Positions 8,882 through 18,339 of a stretch of DNA of 38,228 nucleotides are shown piece after piece. Made by a program: the position numbers and the translations under genes. A model generated the notes under the pieces. The model ran no database searches and had not been told where the DNA came from. It saw only the letters and a program-made list of their open reading frames with translations. The DNA comes from a virus. Its lineage: Duplodnaviria > Caudoviricetes. The stretch lies in the IMG/VR virus record IMGVR_UViG_3300029818_000085, positions 1 through 38,228 of that record; one strand, 5' to 3'. Position 1 is the first letter of the stretch. Every line of letters begins with the position of its first letter.

Positions 8882-9849
8882 ATACTTACAACATCGCCCA
8901 AGGTTACTATTCGCCGATATTGGGCGTTTGCAAAAACACCTACATCAGTTGCCTCAACATAGTACCGCCCATTGCGTTCCGGATAAATTCCACTTTCAAG
9001 GGCTACTTTCAGCCCATGTCTTACATAAGGCCGACCAAACATTGCAATGGAGCCGTCAAAGCGATCAACTCGGTATTTCTGCAAGTCCTCTTCTGCCAGC
9101 CTTTTCAAAGTAGCAGTATCACCTATATTAAAATAAGTCAACTGTCTGACTTCACCGCCTTCATCGCCCACTGTTACATCCAGCTTTTGACCGCTACTCA
9201 AAGTGCTTATTGCCTTAATCTGAACCCTGAGGTCATTGGCGTGTCGAAAGCTTAAATTGTTTGTGGCTACATCTCTTTCAAGGTGTACCGGCACATACGG
9301 CTCATCGGTATCATCGGCATAATACTTGCCGGTAACAAGCATCTTTCCTTTCATGTAACTGTAGAGGCCAAACTTGCTTTTTATCTCATCAAGTACCTGG
9401 GCAACTGTGCTGTTTACAAATCTCACTGATCCGATGGCAATTGTATCTGCATCAACTTCATATCCCGGAGCTATCTCCTTTAAAAAAGAGTCCAGCATCA
9501 CTGTTTCCTTGCTTATATGTACCGGAAGCTGCTTCAGCTTCCACATCTCATCTTCACATTCAATAATAATGGGAATATGATCACTCACCCGGGCAATGTA
9601 ACCCTCAAACTCTGTGATATAATCATAGTTGTAACCCAGTTCAATTTTTACAGGATCACCGGCACGAAATACTTCACGCACCCGCTGTTTGTCAAAGAGC
9701 TTTACCCGTCGTGCCATCGTGATGGTGGCCGTGTCTGTGAGGTATTTAAAACTGCTTCTTATGCGCACCTCACTTGGTTTCCGGAGGATGATCTCCTCAC
9801 GGTCCCGAACCGCCGGGAATGTTATTTTTGCGACTATTACTTTTACCAT
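8878..9849 (-). CDS. Baseplate hub protein (gpD/Mu gp44-like)
   Basis: Likely start MVKVIVAK at 9849. Motifs LTDTATI, GDPVKIELGY...FEGYI, IECEDEMWKLK and G.YYVEA. Confidence 0.75.
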   Translation of the reverse strand: MVKVIVAKITFPAVRDREEIILRKPSEVRIRSSFKYLTDTATITMARRVKLFDKQRVREVFRAGDPVKIELGYNYDYITEFEGYIARVSDHIPIIIECEDEMWKLKQLPVHISKETVMLDSFLKEIAPGYEVDADTIAIGSVRFVNSTVAQVLDEIKSKFGLYSYMKGKMLVTGKYYADDTDEPYVPVHLERDVATNNLSFRHANDLRVQIKAISTLSSGQKLDVTVGDEGGEVRQLTYFNIGDTATLKRLAEEDLQKYRVDRFDGSIAMFGRPYVRHGLKVALESGIYPERNGRYYVEATDVGVFANAQYRRIVTLGDVVSI

Positions 9850-9853
9850 CCTA

Positions 9854-10501
9854 TTAATCTTCCAACTCATCACTGGGGTCACTAAACGCCCTGATTTGAA
9901 AGGGTATGACTTTCGGTTTTCCCGGAAGCTGCCCAAATACAATCTCCTCAATTACAATGGCATCAATGCCTTTATCGTTCAAAATCTTACTGAACACTTC
10001 TATGTTACCGGCCACTTCCTCAAACCGTTGCATCTGCAGGTGTTGTGCAAATGCAGTTTTGGCAATGGGGTGTGCCGGGTCGGGTAAACAAAGTCCCCTG
10101 ATATCGATGCGCCAGTCGTCAAAACCATACATTTCTTTTACCGTTCCATAGCCTGCCAACCGGCGGGTTACACTTAAATTTTTAGCGCGGCGCACATCAC
10201 ACAGGGTTACTGCCGGCATTTCAAAATCAGGCAACGTGATGGTCTCCAGCTCTCCTTTGGGGTTGTACCGGTCATAAGCCCCCCCAGACAATGTCATGGG
10301 GTAAACTATGGGTGTTCCCAGAAAAGTGCTTCGGTCTGCCACTTCTACATCTTCAGGTTCCTCAATTACTTCATTCACCTGGTACCGGTTCAACAGGTTG
10401 CCACTGGCAATGCGATCGGCTATGCCCCGAGTGATCACAAATGGGTTTTGGCCAAAAGCCAGTCCAAATAGTTGCTGTATGTTATAGTTTTCCCTGTTCA
10501 T
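9854..10501 (-). CDS. Tail tube initiator-like protein (DUF6046-like)
   Basis: GTVKEMYGFDDWRIDIRG motif; immediately after the tape measure gene. Confidence 0.65.
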   Translation of the reverse strand: MNRENYNIQQLFGLAFGQNPFVITRGIADRIASGNLLNRYQVNEVIEEPEDVEVADRSTFLGTPIVYPMTLSGGAYDRYNPKGELETITLPDFEMPAVTLCDVRRAKNLSVTRRLAGYGTVKEMYGFDDWRIDIRGLCLPDPAHPIAKTAFAQHLQMQRFEEVAGNIEVFSKILNDKGIDAIVIEEIVFGQLPGKPKVIPFQIRAFSDPSDELED

Positions 10502-10550
10502 ACGTCACTCCGAGCAAAGCGAAGGAGTCTTGTTAATGTTATTCAATTTG

Positions 10551-12548
10551 TTAGTTCAATGTTATCAGCGCATCCCTTAAGCGGTCATTAACACGGCCAA
10601 ATATCTTATCGGCAATAGCCTCGATATCTGCAGCTGCATCTTTTGCCACTTCAAAATAGTTTTTGATGTCCAGGTTCATTGTGATGACCTTGCCGCCTCC
10701 GGAGCCTGATATCCCTGAAATACCAAAGTCGTTTTGTAAGTCGGTGCTGGTTTTTGTTTTTGTAGAAGTGCTGGTTTCTGTTGTAGCGATTTTTGGGTTG
10801 ATTATTCTATTGATAGCCTCAATAAGCGGTGTATTACGGCTTGCAAGGGGTTTCTCTTCTTCGCCCTTTAGCATATTTTCAAGCGCATTCTTGCTAAGAC
10901 CGGTTAGCAGTCGTTCCTGTTTCTTTACAAGTTTTTCCCAAGCCTTATTGGTAGAATCCATTTCAGGCTTGAGGTTTTCATTAACAAACTCGTCATCGAA
11001 CGCTTGCTTTTCGTCAGCATACTCTTTAGCAACGCCTCTCCAAGCGTCTGCTGCTTCTTTCATTGACCCACCGGTTGATATTACAGAAGACCATACAAGA
11101 AACTTGTGTATGCCTTCCCTTACAATTCGAAAACCCTTTGTCCAGGAATCCACAAAATTAAAAAATCCGATACCCATTTTATTCCAAAATATATCCCATT
11201 CCTCAAGTGTTCTTTTCATTTCGGCAGAATTTAATGCCTTGTCTTTTGCCTCAGCAAGTTTTAAAGCTCTTTTTTCAGCACGTGCCATTGCTGCAGACGC
11301 ACCATTCAATGCCTCTTCTTCTTTATTTAGAGCTGTATTAATCGCTTTGATAATATTCTCAAACCCACCTGCATCCTGCCCGGCACTCCCAAACAACTTA
11401 CTGCTCAGTTCCTGCGCTTGTTGAATATTGACTCCAATGCGCTCAGCTTCATCGGCAATGCTGGCCAGTGCTGCTTTTGGGGTTATCGACCCATCGCGCA
11501 CCTGGCTAAACAGCTTATCAGTAAATTTTTTACCCAAAGCGTTTTCCATCGCTTTTTGGGTGGCTCCTGATTGCTCCTTGATGTTTTTATTGAACATTTT
11601 GATAGCCTCTGGCAATTTGTTTTCATAGATGCCCATATCAATACCGGTATTGACAATGCGTCTAAACTCGTTGACATTATAACCGGCGTCATTGAACAGC
11701 TGACCATAACGACCAAATGATTTCATAAAACTGTGATTGGCGTGGCCACCACGCACCAGTCCTTCACTGATGTGATCCATTGCCTCGTCCATCGAGATGT
11801 CAAAATGGTTCACCAAATTTTGAGCGGTGCTAAGCGTGTCCTTAAAATCTTTTCCATAAACTTGTTCAATCACCTTAGCCCGCACCCGGGCATCGTCAAC
11901 AGCACGGCCCTGTAAACCGGTTATTTGCTCAGTTACAAAATTGAACTGCATCGCCTCTTTGTTGTAGTCTGCAAAGGCTTTGGTGACTCCCACAATGGCA
12001 GCAAGACCCCCAATGGCAGCACCAAGAGGCGTTGCAATAAATCTCATTGCAGCGTTTGTCATTCCTTTTATTTGATTGATGATACCGCCAAGACCTCCAT
12101 TGAAACCTTTAAAATCAAAGGAGTCCATTGATTTTAATAGTTCCAGAAATCCTCCTGCAGCATCAATTGCAGTATTTTTTGAGCTATTTAAGGTTGCTTC
12201 AATTTCATCAAGCCCGTCTCTATACCTTTTTAAATTACTTTCAGCTTTACCCACTTCCAGATCAATTTCTGCTTTTTTAATGGGGTCAATAGCATCGCCT
12301 ACTTCTTCTAAAGCTGTTTTTAAATCTTTCAATTTTTCTTCTTCTGCCTCAATGCTGCTCTTCAAGCTTTCATAAGCGTCTATGGCTTTATTTGCCATGG
12401 TTTGCATTTCTTCATCAGTCGCTCCCACAGTTTCAAGAACATCTTTAAAAGCTTCACGCACGCCTTCGACCTCTGCCTGTATATCACGGGCAGGGGCGGT
12501 GACTTCGTCCACCAGTTTTAATACCCATTCTGTGCTTGTGTTGCTCAT
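10551..12548 (-). CDS. Tail tape measure protein
   Basis: 665 aa, helical and Ala/Lys/Glu-rich, with a hydrophobic segment and LFGSAGQDAG. Follows tube and chaperone genes. Confidence 0.88.
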   Translation of the reverse strand: MSNTSTEWVLKLVDEVTAPARDIQAEVEGVREAFKDVLETVGATDEEMQTMANKAIDAYESLKSSIEAEEEKLKDLKTALEEVGDAIDPIKKAEIDLEVGKAESNLKRYRDGLDEIEATLNSSKNTAIDAAGGFLELLKSMDSFDFKGFNGGLGGIINQIKGMTNAAMRFIATPLGAAIGGLAAIVGVTKAFADYNKEAMQFNFVTEQITGLQGRAVDDARVRAKVIEQVYGKDFKDTLSTAQNLVNHFDISMDEAMDHISEGLVRGGHANHSFMKSFGRYGQLFNDAGYNVNEFRRIVNTGIDMGIYENKLPEAIKMFNKNIKEQSGATQKAMENALGKKFTDKLFSQVRDGSITPKAALASIADEAERIGVNIQQAQELSSKLFGSAGQDAGGFENIIKAINTALNKEEEALNGASAAMARAEKRALKLAEAKDKALNSAEMKRTLEEWDIFWNKMGIGFFNFVDSWTKGFRIVREGIHKFLVWSSVISTGGSMKEAADAWRGVAKEYADEKQAFDDEFVNENLKPEMDSTNKAWEKLVKKQERLLTGLSKNALENMLKGEEEKPLASRNTPLIEAINRIINPKIATTETSTSTKTKTSTDLQNDFGISGISGSGGGKVITMNLDIKNYFEVAKDAAADIEAIADKIFGRVNDRLRDALITLN

Positions 12549-12580
12549 ACCATTGCCCGCTTAGGCGGGTAAGTCATTAA

Positions 12581-12793
12581 TTAATTGTTTTCGTTTTTAC
12601 TTCCAAACAAAAGCTTGCTGTAAGTTTTCAATCGCCACTTTTCCAGCCACGTTGCCTCGTTATATAGTTCCCGCCACTTTTCGGTGGTGAGGCTTTCCGG
12701 GTCAAGGTTAAATACAGCACGAATGAGCGCATTTCCCTTCCTGATCCAATCCGACCCCTCAACCTCGCTAATAGAGTTGTCGGCTATAGCTTT
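12581..12793 (-). CDS. -1 frame extension of the tail assembly chaperone (gpGT-like), no own start
   Basis: 70-codon open -1 frame (KAIADNSISEVEGSDWIRKGNALIRAVFNLDPESLTTEKWRELYNEATWLEKW...) starting at A_AAG just before the chaperone stop. Confidence 0.75.
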   Translation of the reverse strand, partial: KAIADNSISEVEGSDWIRKGNALIRAVFNLDPESLTTEKWRELYNEATWLEKWRLKTYSKLLFGSKNENN

Positions 12794-13113
12794 ACTTCCT
12801 CGGCTTCTACCGATTTGAACAGGCGGGTAACTTTTTTGATCACCCCTTGCTTCAGCTCGTCATTGTCAAGCACCACTTCACTGCCGCCCAAACGACAGGA
12901 GTTGAACATGCATAGGTTTGCCTTAATCGGGTCGGCGTCTGCAAAGCGGGACGCCAGGCTTATGTCTGCCAGTTTTGGTTTCCGCACATAGGTAAAATGC
13001 GCGTTGCCGTTTTCATCTGTTTGTTTGTACTGGTAGATGTCCTGGTGTTTTTCTTTCCAGACTGCAATTTCAGCTTCAGTAGCTTTTCCGAATTCTTTGT
13101 TTTGTTTTGCCAT
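12784..13113 (-). CDS. Tail assembly chaperone (gpG-like)
   Basis: Between tube and tape measure genes; IAVWKEKHQD...YVRKP motif. Confidence 0.75.
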   Translation of the reverse strand: MAKQNKEFGKATEAEIAVWKEKHQDIYQYKQTDENGNAHFTYVRKPKLADISLASRFADADPIKANLCMFNSCRLGGSEVVLDNDELKQGVIKKVTRLFKSVEAEEVKL

Positions 13114-13219
13114 TGTTGTTTATATGTAACCCCGCCCGTTAACTTAACTGAGCGGGGCTGTTAATTTTATTAATTATTCCCTCAAGTTCCCCCTCCTTGG
13201 GAGGGGGTTAGGGGGAGGA

Positions 13220-13648
13220 TTATACATTATGAGAGATGTGACTCGTCTTCAGCGTGAAGCTTCTAACAATAGAGCCATCTCCCTGGTTTACTTCAACTCC
13301 GTTATTTGTGAAACGGCAGTTGTGTATGATGTCGGTTCTTTGCTGAGCGGCACGCTCATAAGTCACCACGATGTCAAACCACGGTATGTCCTGCAACCTG
13401 GTGTTGGGTGGCAGCGCGTTTTGAATGGCCGCTACTTCCTCATTTAAGAGATCAATAGCTGCTGTGGCCGAGTAGTTTCCTTCCTCCTCGCCAACAGGCA
13501 TTTTGCCAGCTCCATAGCCGTTTTCTACCTGTTGCTCATCGCTGTATTGAATACGGCGGATACCCACAACATCACGGCCCAAAAGGCGTAAGGTGATGGA
13601 GTTCCAGCCGGTGAGTTTACCAAATCCGTTTACTATAATTGTGTCCAT
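13220..13648 (-). CDS. Tail tube protein
   Basis: 142 aa after the sheath. Motifs WNSITL, GIRRIQYSD, YGAGKMPVG and DIIHNCRFT. Confidence 0.8.
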   Translation of the reverse strand: MDTIIVNGFGKLTGWNSITLRLLGRDVVGIRRIQYSDEQQVENGYGAGKMPVGEEEGNYSATAAIDLLNEEVAAIQNALPPNTRLQDIPWFDIVVTYERAAQQRTDIIHNCRFTNNGVEVNQGDGSIVRSFTLKTSHISHNV

Positions 13649-13649
13649 A

Positions 13650-14873
13650 CTATGTGGTTATTTGATTGGTTAAACCTAAATCGATTGAGATATCAAATAT
13701 GATATCGTTGGCCACTACCTGTGCTTTTACTACCAATGGTGTTTGTTGGTTCACGGTCTGTTGGGGGTTGATATACACCCTGGCTCCTGAAATTTCACCT
13801 GCAGATTCCATGGTGTTCAAAGCGTTCAAGCCTATTTGCTCCAGTTCTTTTACTGAACTGGTTCTGAGAAAACCGGTAGAGGCATCTTTAAGCAAATTGC
13901 TTTTCACCCGGGGCAACATTGCTGAACGAAGCAGGCGCGCTGCTTTGTTCCACACACGGTTGTTCTCGATGTAAGCATAGTCGCTGGCAAACTCCTCACA
14001 GGTGGCCGAGTTGGAGATAAACACTCCTGCAAGGCCTGCATAGGTTCCTGCAAAGAGATAACCTTTAGTGTCCAAGCTGATGCGCTCATTCCTGCTCAAG
14101 GCAGAAACAGGCGTGCCGTTTTGCAATACTGCAGAGAGCCATCGCCCTCGACCGGTGTCGGTCAAAGGGTAAGTGGTTTGCCCGCGGTACTGAGCCGGTT
14201 TGCTTTGGATATCAACAGAACCAAGGTTTTCGTTCACACTTCTCACAGAAATACCACCCAGGAATGTTCCAATAGCGGCAAGTCCTTCATATGCAGCCTT
14301 AATGGCTCTAATAGCAGGGTCTTGAACAGCAACCACGCTCACATTGGGTGCGCCTTCAGCTCTTAAATCGTCATATCCGCTTACCGGGTCTTGATCGTCA
14401 AACTCGTTGCCCTCAACCAGAACAGCATCTACGCGCATGTGCTCAGCCTTCAGGTCGTTGACAATGTTTTGATAGCCGCCAATGTAGCCTGAAAAATCAA
14501 GCGCTGCCACATTGCTGTTGCGGGCAATACCCACAGCACGAATATCGTCATTATCCCGCAACACTTGCTTTAGCATATCGTCATCAAACGTGTTATCTGC
14601 AAGCACCACATAGAGCGTTCCATCGGGCGATACCCTAAAGAATTCATCGATATGATAATGAGCCAGGATGTTGTTAGTGTCATCATAACTGGCATCTATG
14701 CCCACGTCTTCTGCATTTTGCGGTGAAAGCAATTGCAGGGCGGTGTTGACGGCCAGTCCGGTTGCAGCAATTGCCTCGTGGATGACCAAAAGACAAACAC
14801 CATCGTTGGATGGGTTTCTTCTGCCCAAACCGCCGTTAAGTTGGTTTACGGTTACTCCGTCAAATACTCCCAT
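13650..14873 (-). CDS. Tail sheath protein (DUF2586-like)
   Basis: 407 aa. NGGLGR N-terminus, SDYAYIENNRVWNKAAR and GEISG...INPQQ C-terminal motifs. Confidence 0.85.
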   Translation of the reverse strand: MGVFDGVTVNQLNGGLGRRNPSNDGVCLLVIHEAIAATGLAVNTALQLLSPQNAEDVGIDASYDDTNNILAHYHIDEFFRVSPDGTLYVVLADNTFDDDMLKQVLRDNDDIRAVGIARNSNVAALDFSGYIGGYQNIVNDLKAEHMRVDAVLVEGNEFDDQDPVSGYDDLRAEGAPNVSVVAVQDPAIRAIKAAYEGLAAIGTFLGGISVRSVNENLGSVDIQSKPAQYRGQTTYPLTDTGRGRWLSAVLQNGTPVSALSRNERISLDTKGYLFAGTYAGLAGVFISNSATCEEFASDYAYIENNRVWNKAARLLRSAMLPRVKSNLLKDASTGFLRTSSVKELEQIGLNALNTMESAGEISGARVYINPQQTVNQQTPLVVKAQVVANDIIFDISIDLGLTNQITT

Positions 14874-15274
14874 TACTTAGTGGTTTTAGGGGTTGATTTT
14901 TTTACTTTCGCATCAGCATCGGCTTTGGCTTTTGCGTCGGCATCTGCCTTGGCTTTAGCATCGGCGTCAGCTTTGGCTTTTGCGTCGGTATCTGCCTTGG
15001 CTTTGGCATCGGCTTTTGCTTTCGCTTCAGCTTTGGTGCGGTCATCTTTAGTGGTACTCACTTTTTCCGCATTGACATCGATGTCTTTTAAAAGTCCGGC
15101 ACGGTCAAAGGTCAATACTGCCATTTTTTTTCCGGAGTAGTTGCTTGATGCGTGCAGATTGGCATAGTTCTCAGAAAGAAATGCCTGCCCGTCGGTGGTT
15201 ACCCAACACTTTTCTGAAGTGGGGTATTGTTTTAGTGCCTTGGCCGCAATGGCCTTTAAATCTTTTTTGCTCAT
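14873..15274 (-). CDS. Hypothetical protein with KADADAKA repeats
   Basis: N-terminal TTDGQAFL domain followed by about six Ala/Lys/Asp repeats. Confidence 0.7.
   Translation of the reverse strand: MSKKDLKAIAAKALKQYPTSEKCWVTTDGQAFLSENYANLHASSNYSGKKMAVLTFDRAGLLKDIDVNAEKVSTTKDDRTKAEAKAKADAKAKADTDAKAKADADAKAKADADAKAKADADAKVKKSTPKTTK
14905..15036 (-). repeat. Coding tandem repeat, 18-24-nt units (KA[DE]AKA / KAD[AT]DAKA)
   Basis: Repeated GCTTTGGC/GCATCGGC units; differences mostly at synonymous positions. Confidence 0.8.
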
Positions 15275-15750
15275 CTCTTAATAGTTTTAGTGATAAATCC
15301 TATGCCCATCAAAAGCAGCATAACGCCGCCTATCCAAGCAAGGGCTTTGGTGTACCAAGGCGTGTAAGGCTCTGGTACAATTATTGTTTCTTTGGTATTG
15401 CTTTCAATGGTGCGCAAGGTGGATATGATTTTGTCCTCAAGCTCGATGATGCGATCCATTGCTGCATTGATACATTCTATTGAAATATTGCCAAGTTCGT
15501 CGCTTGATATCTTCACCGTTTGGCGCCCTTGCGTGAAGGTTTGCCCCTCACGGGTGATTTCTGTTACCGGAATCTTAAACTTCAATGTGTCTCCCGGAAT
15601 AGTGATGAGGGTGTCGCGCTTTTGATAGCGCACCTCAGTAACCGTGCTGTCTTTCACAGTAGTGTTGATGTGCTTAGCAACGCGGGATTTTGAGGTCCCG
15701 CAAGCTGCCAAGCTGACAACAATCGCAATGAATGTTAATAATCTTACCAT
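15271..15750 (-). CDS. Unimolecular spanin-like lipoprotein
   Basis: N-terminal lipobox LAAC and C-terminal TM helix (ALAWIGGVMLLLMGIGFI); overlaps the endolysin gene. Confidence 0.7.
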   Translation of the reverse strand: MVRLLTFIAIVVSLAACGTSKSRVAKHINTTVKDSTVTEVRYQKRDTLITIPGDTLKFKIPVTEITREGQTFTQGRQTVKISSDELGNISIECINAAMDRIIELEDKIISTLRTIESNTKETIIVPEPYTPWYTKALAWIGGVMLLLMGIGFITKTIKR

Positions 15751-16115
15751 CGTGCCGGTATATCTCGGGTGTCATAGTGTACAAAGGTTTTGTACAATCC
15801 TACACCGCCGTTTTTCATTTTTCCTTCAGCAATGAGTTGCTCTATAATTGCCTTCAGTTGGTCGGGGGTCATTCCGGTAACAGCTATATCTGCCGCCTTA
15901 CCCAAAAGGTGTTGTGAGTTTCTGGCTCCGCCCACCTTTTTGTTATGCTCGGGGCTCCGATATCCGCTGTTGATTTTCACCAGACGGCTTATGGCATCTC
16001 TAAGAACTTGTAAATTTTCCGCAAGCTTTTGAAGCTCACCCACTACTGCTGCAGGGGTTGGGCTTCCGTCTTTTGATCTGAACTCGCTTAGCGAAAAGTT
16101 TTTTGTTAGTTTCAT
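15744..16115 (-). CDS. Endolysin, peptidase M15 family
   Basis: SGYRS..HN..VGGA.NSQH..GKAAD and FVHYD zinc-peptidase motifs. Confidence 0.9.
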   Translation of the reverse strand: MKLTKNFSLSEFRSKDGSPTPAAVVGELQKLAENLQVLRDAISRLVKINSGYRSPEHNKKVGGARNSQHLLGKAADIAVTGMTPDQLKAIIEQLIAEGKMKNGGVGLYKTFVHYDTRDIPARW

Positions 16116-16137
16116 AATTCAATTCCCCCGCAAGGGA

Positions 16138-16165
16138 GCAGGCTACTTGCAGTAAGTTAGCCTGC
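16138..16165 (-). terminator. Stem-loop after the major capsid gene
   Basis: GCAGGCTA-N12-TAGCCTGC, 11 nt after the stop; poor U-tract. Confidence 0.45.
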
Positions 16166-16176
16166 CTTGGCTAATT

Positions 16177-17187
16177 TTATGCCGGTGATACTATTGCTCC
16201 GACACCTTCATCTCGAATGGCAAGGCCAATGAACCACAAGCGGAAACCAATGGTGTTTTCACGCATTTCAGGGTCATTTTTAGCCTCACGCATAAATCGC
16301 TCTACAGTTCCGGTGGCTTTTACTGCCCAGCGGTTGTGGAAACATACGGATGCAACCAGGTCGCCAGGGGTTGCTCCAAAGGCTACCTTCTTAATAGCAT
16401 TGCCGTCGCCTGCATCCACAAAGTAGGTCGGGTTATATGTGCTTTCATAGATTTTGAATCCGTAGTAAGACGGGCTCAAAACACCATCCTTAGCATTATG
16501 ATATTGCTGGTAGAATACGCGGTCTTCATTCAAGAGGTCGCTCACGTGCTCAGGGCACAATACCAGGATGCGTCCATTTTTGGACACCTTCAATTTATCA
16601 AGGCGTTCTTTGAGCTTAATGACATCTTTACTCACTAAAGTAGTGCGTCCTTCTACAACAGGCCCGGTACTCTCAAGAACAGGAGTTGTAGCACTGTTCT
16701 GTGCAGGTGTAAGGGCGTGAAGAGCGTGTTCAGCTGTAACATCCTCTAACTCCTCGCGGTGCTGCATTTGAACATCACTAACCTTTTCATAAGGCAAGGC
16801 ATAAAGTTCGTCGCGCGTTACCGTGGTGTTTTCGGTGTCATATTTATTAAGGCTCAAGGTTACATGGCTGTCGTCCCTTTGGTTGGAGGCAATGGGGTAA
16901 ATTGTGTTATTGATCAACACAGTTGGTGCCGCACCTCGTTTGGGGATTTTTATCACGTCATTGTTTACCCAGCCGTTTTTAGAGCGCAGCTCTTGTAACC
17001 AGGTATTGTCATGACGAAATTGTTTTAACAACTCTTTTTCTGCCTGATCATTGAGCAATGGTGCTGCCACTGGCGTTACTCCCGCCATAATTATGTCAGC
17101 CTTATCAGCCATTCCGGTGGCGTAGGCCACTACTGTTGCCGCTACAAAAAGAAGCGATACAATCAGAAATTTAAAAATGTTTTTCAT
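16177..17187 (-). CDS. Major capsid protein
   Basis: 336 aa directly after the protease/scaffold gene. Motifs VLINNTIYPI, LDKLKVSKNGRILVLCPEH and GFKIYE. Confidence 0.8.
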   Translation of the reverse strand: MKNIFKFLIVSLLFVAATVVAYATGMADKADIIMAGVTPVAAPLLNDQAEKELLKQFRHDNTWLQELRSKNGWVNNDVIKIPKRGAAPTVLINNTIYPIASNQRDDSHVTLSLNKYDTENTTVTRDELYALPYEKVSDVQMQHREELEDVTAEHALHALTPAQNSATTPVLESTGPVVEGRTTLVSKDVIKLKERLDKLKVSKNGRILVLCPEHVSDLLNEDRVFYQQYHNAKDGVLSPSYYGFKIYESTYNPTYFVDAGDGNAIKKVAFGATPGDLVASVCFHNRWAVKATGTVERFMREAKNDPEMRENTIGFRLWFIGLAIRDEGVGAIVSPA

Positions 17188-17218
17188 GGTATTTAATTGA
17201 TTTTAAATTCGATTTTAA

Positions 17219-18334
17219 TTACTGGCCGAAATAGTCAGCTTCCAGCTTTTTGAACTTTTCCGGTTCTTTTTCCATCATTGTGGCCAATGCGTCAGGGGCT
17301 TTGGTCATGAAGTCTTCCATCGTCCATTTTTCACGACCTGAGGCATCAGCTTCAGAACTGTGGTCTAAACCACTGGATGCTTTGCTCACTTGTGGCATAG
17401 CTTCAAGGATGGCTTTTACGCCATCAAGGTCTCTCTCGGCCAGACTTACATATTTTTCCTTTACGTCTGCCGTAATTTTCTTGTCAAGTATGGCTTTATC
17501 AACCATTGCCTCAGCATCTTTTTTGGTATTTGCTGCCTGGGCGGTTTTCAAAGTGTCCACTTCGGCGGCTTTTTCAGTGGCCAAAGCAACAGCACTTTCA
17601 ATTTGCTCATCGGTAGCGTCAGCAGCAAGGCCAAGCTTTGCGATGATTTGATTCCTGTTTTTCATTGTATATTCTTGGTTTTGATTTTTTTGTGTTTGCA
17701 GGGTGGGTATGTTTGGTGCGCCACAGGCAACCAAGCGTTCTACATCTTCAGCGGTGATTTGTTGGTCCTCAGCAATGATCTCATCAAGCAATCCTTCTGC
17801 CTTTGCCTCTGCAGCTGTCATCCAGTAGTCGCCTTTTGCAAACATGGCTTCAATCTCCTCTTCGGTTTTTCCCATTTTACTGGCATAAGAAGCTTTATAG
17901 TCTGCAGTGGTATTTTCAAGCGATTTTAAATCTGCTTTAATGGTATTGACGTCTCCAAAACTGGAAAGCTTTGGCCTGTGAATCATAAACTGGCTGTTTG
18001 AATAAGCCCGGCTTTTGAATTTCGCCATAATGTAAGTAGCGGCACTTGCAGCCACAGCACCTACGGTTATGGTAACATTTGGTAGGCGTTTAAGTTCGTT
18101 GGCTATCTCAACTGCTTCTATAGTAGAGCCGCCACGTGAATTGATATAAACATCTGTATCGCCTATCTTTTTTGCAAGGAAGTCATCGACAACAGAACGC
18201 ACGCGCTCAGCACTGGCTTCTGTGCTCATTGAGATATAATCCACAATGCGGATTTGCCCGGTGGTACCCAAGGTAGATGCTTCAATTTTTAAAAGAGATT
18301 TGCTCAAATTGCACACTTTTGGTTCAACAATCAA
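17219..18334 (-). CDS. ClpP-like prohead protease fused to a scaffolding domain (start uncertain; TTG 18334 or 18307)
   Basis: YINSRGGS, VAASAAT, FMIHRP and DYWMTAAEAKAEGLLDEI are ClpP motifs. Helical C-terminal scaffold. Confidence 0.9.
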   Translation of the reverse strand: MIVEPKVCNLSKSLLKIEASTLGTTGQIRIVDYISMSTEASAERVRSVVDDFLAKKIGDTDVYINSRGGSTIEAVEIANELKRLPNVTITVGAVAASAATYIMAKFKSRAYSNSQFMIHRPKLSSFGDVNTIKADLKSLENTTADYKASYASKMGKTEEEIEAMFAKGDYWMTAAEAKAEGLLDEIIAEDQQITAEDVERLVACGAPNIPTLQTQKNQNQEYTMKNRNQIIAKLGLAADATDEQIESAVALATEKAAEVDTLKTAQAANTKKDAEAMVDKAILDKKITADVKEKYVSLAERDLDGVKAILEAMPQVSKASSGLDHSSEADASGREKWTMEDFMTKAPDALATMMEKEPEKFKKLEADYFGQ

Positions 18335-18339
18335 TGCAG

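Noticed and set aside
10663-12564. Long plus-strand ORFs (e.g. 253 aa at 10663-11424) opposite the tape measure gene
   Set aside because: Ser/Phe/Leu-rich antisense shadows of a Lys/Glu/Ala-rich gene. The same applies to most opposite-strand ORFs in the track.
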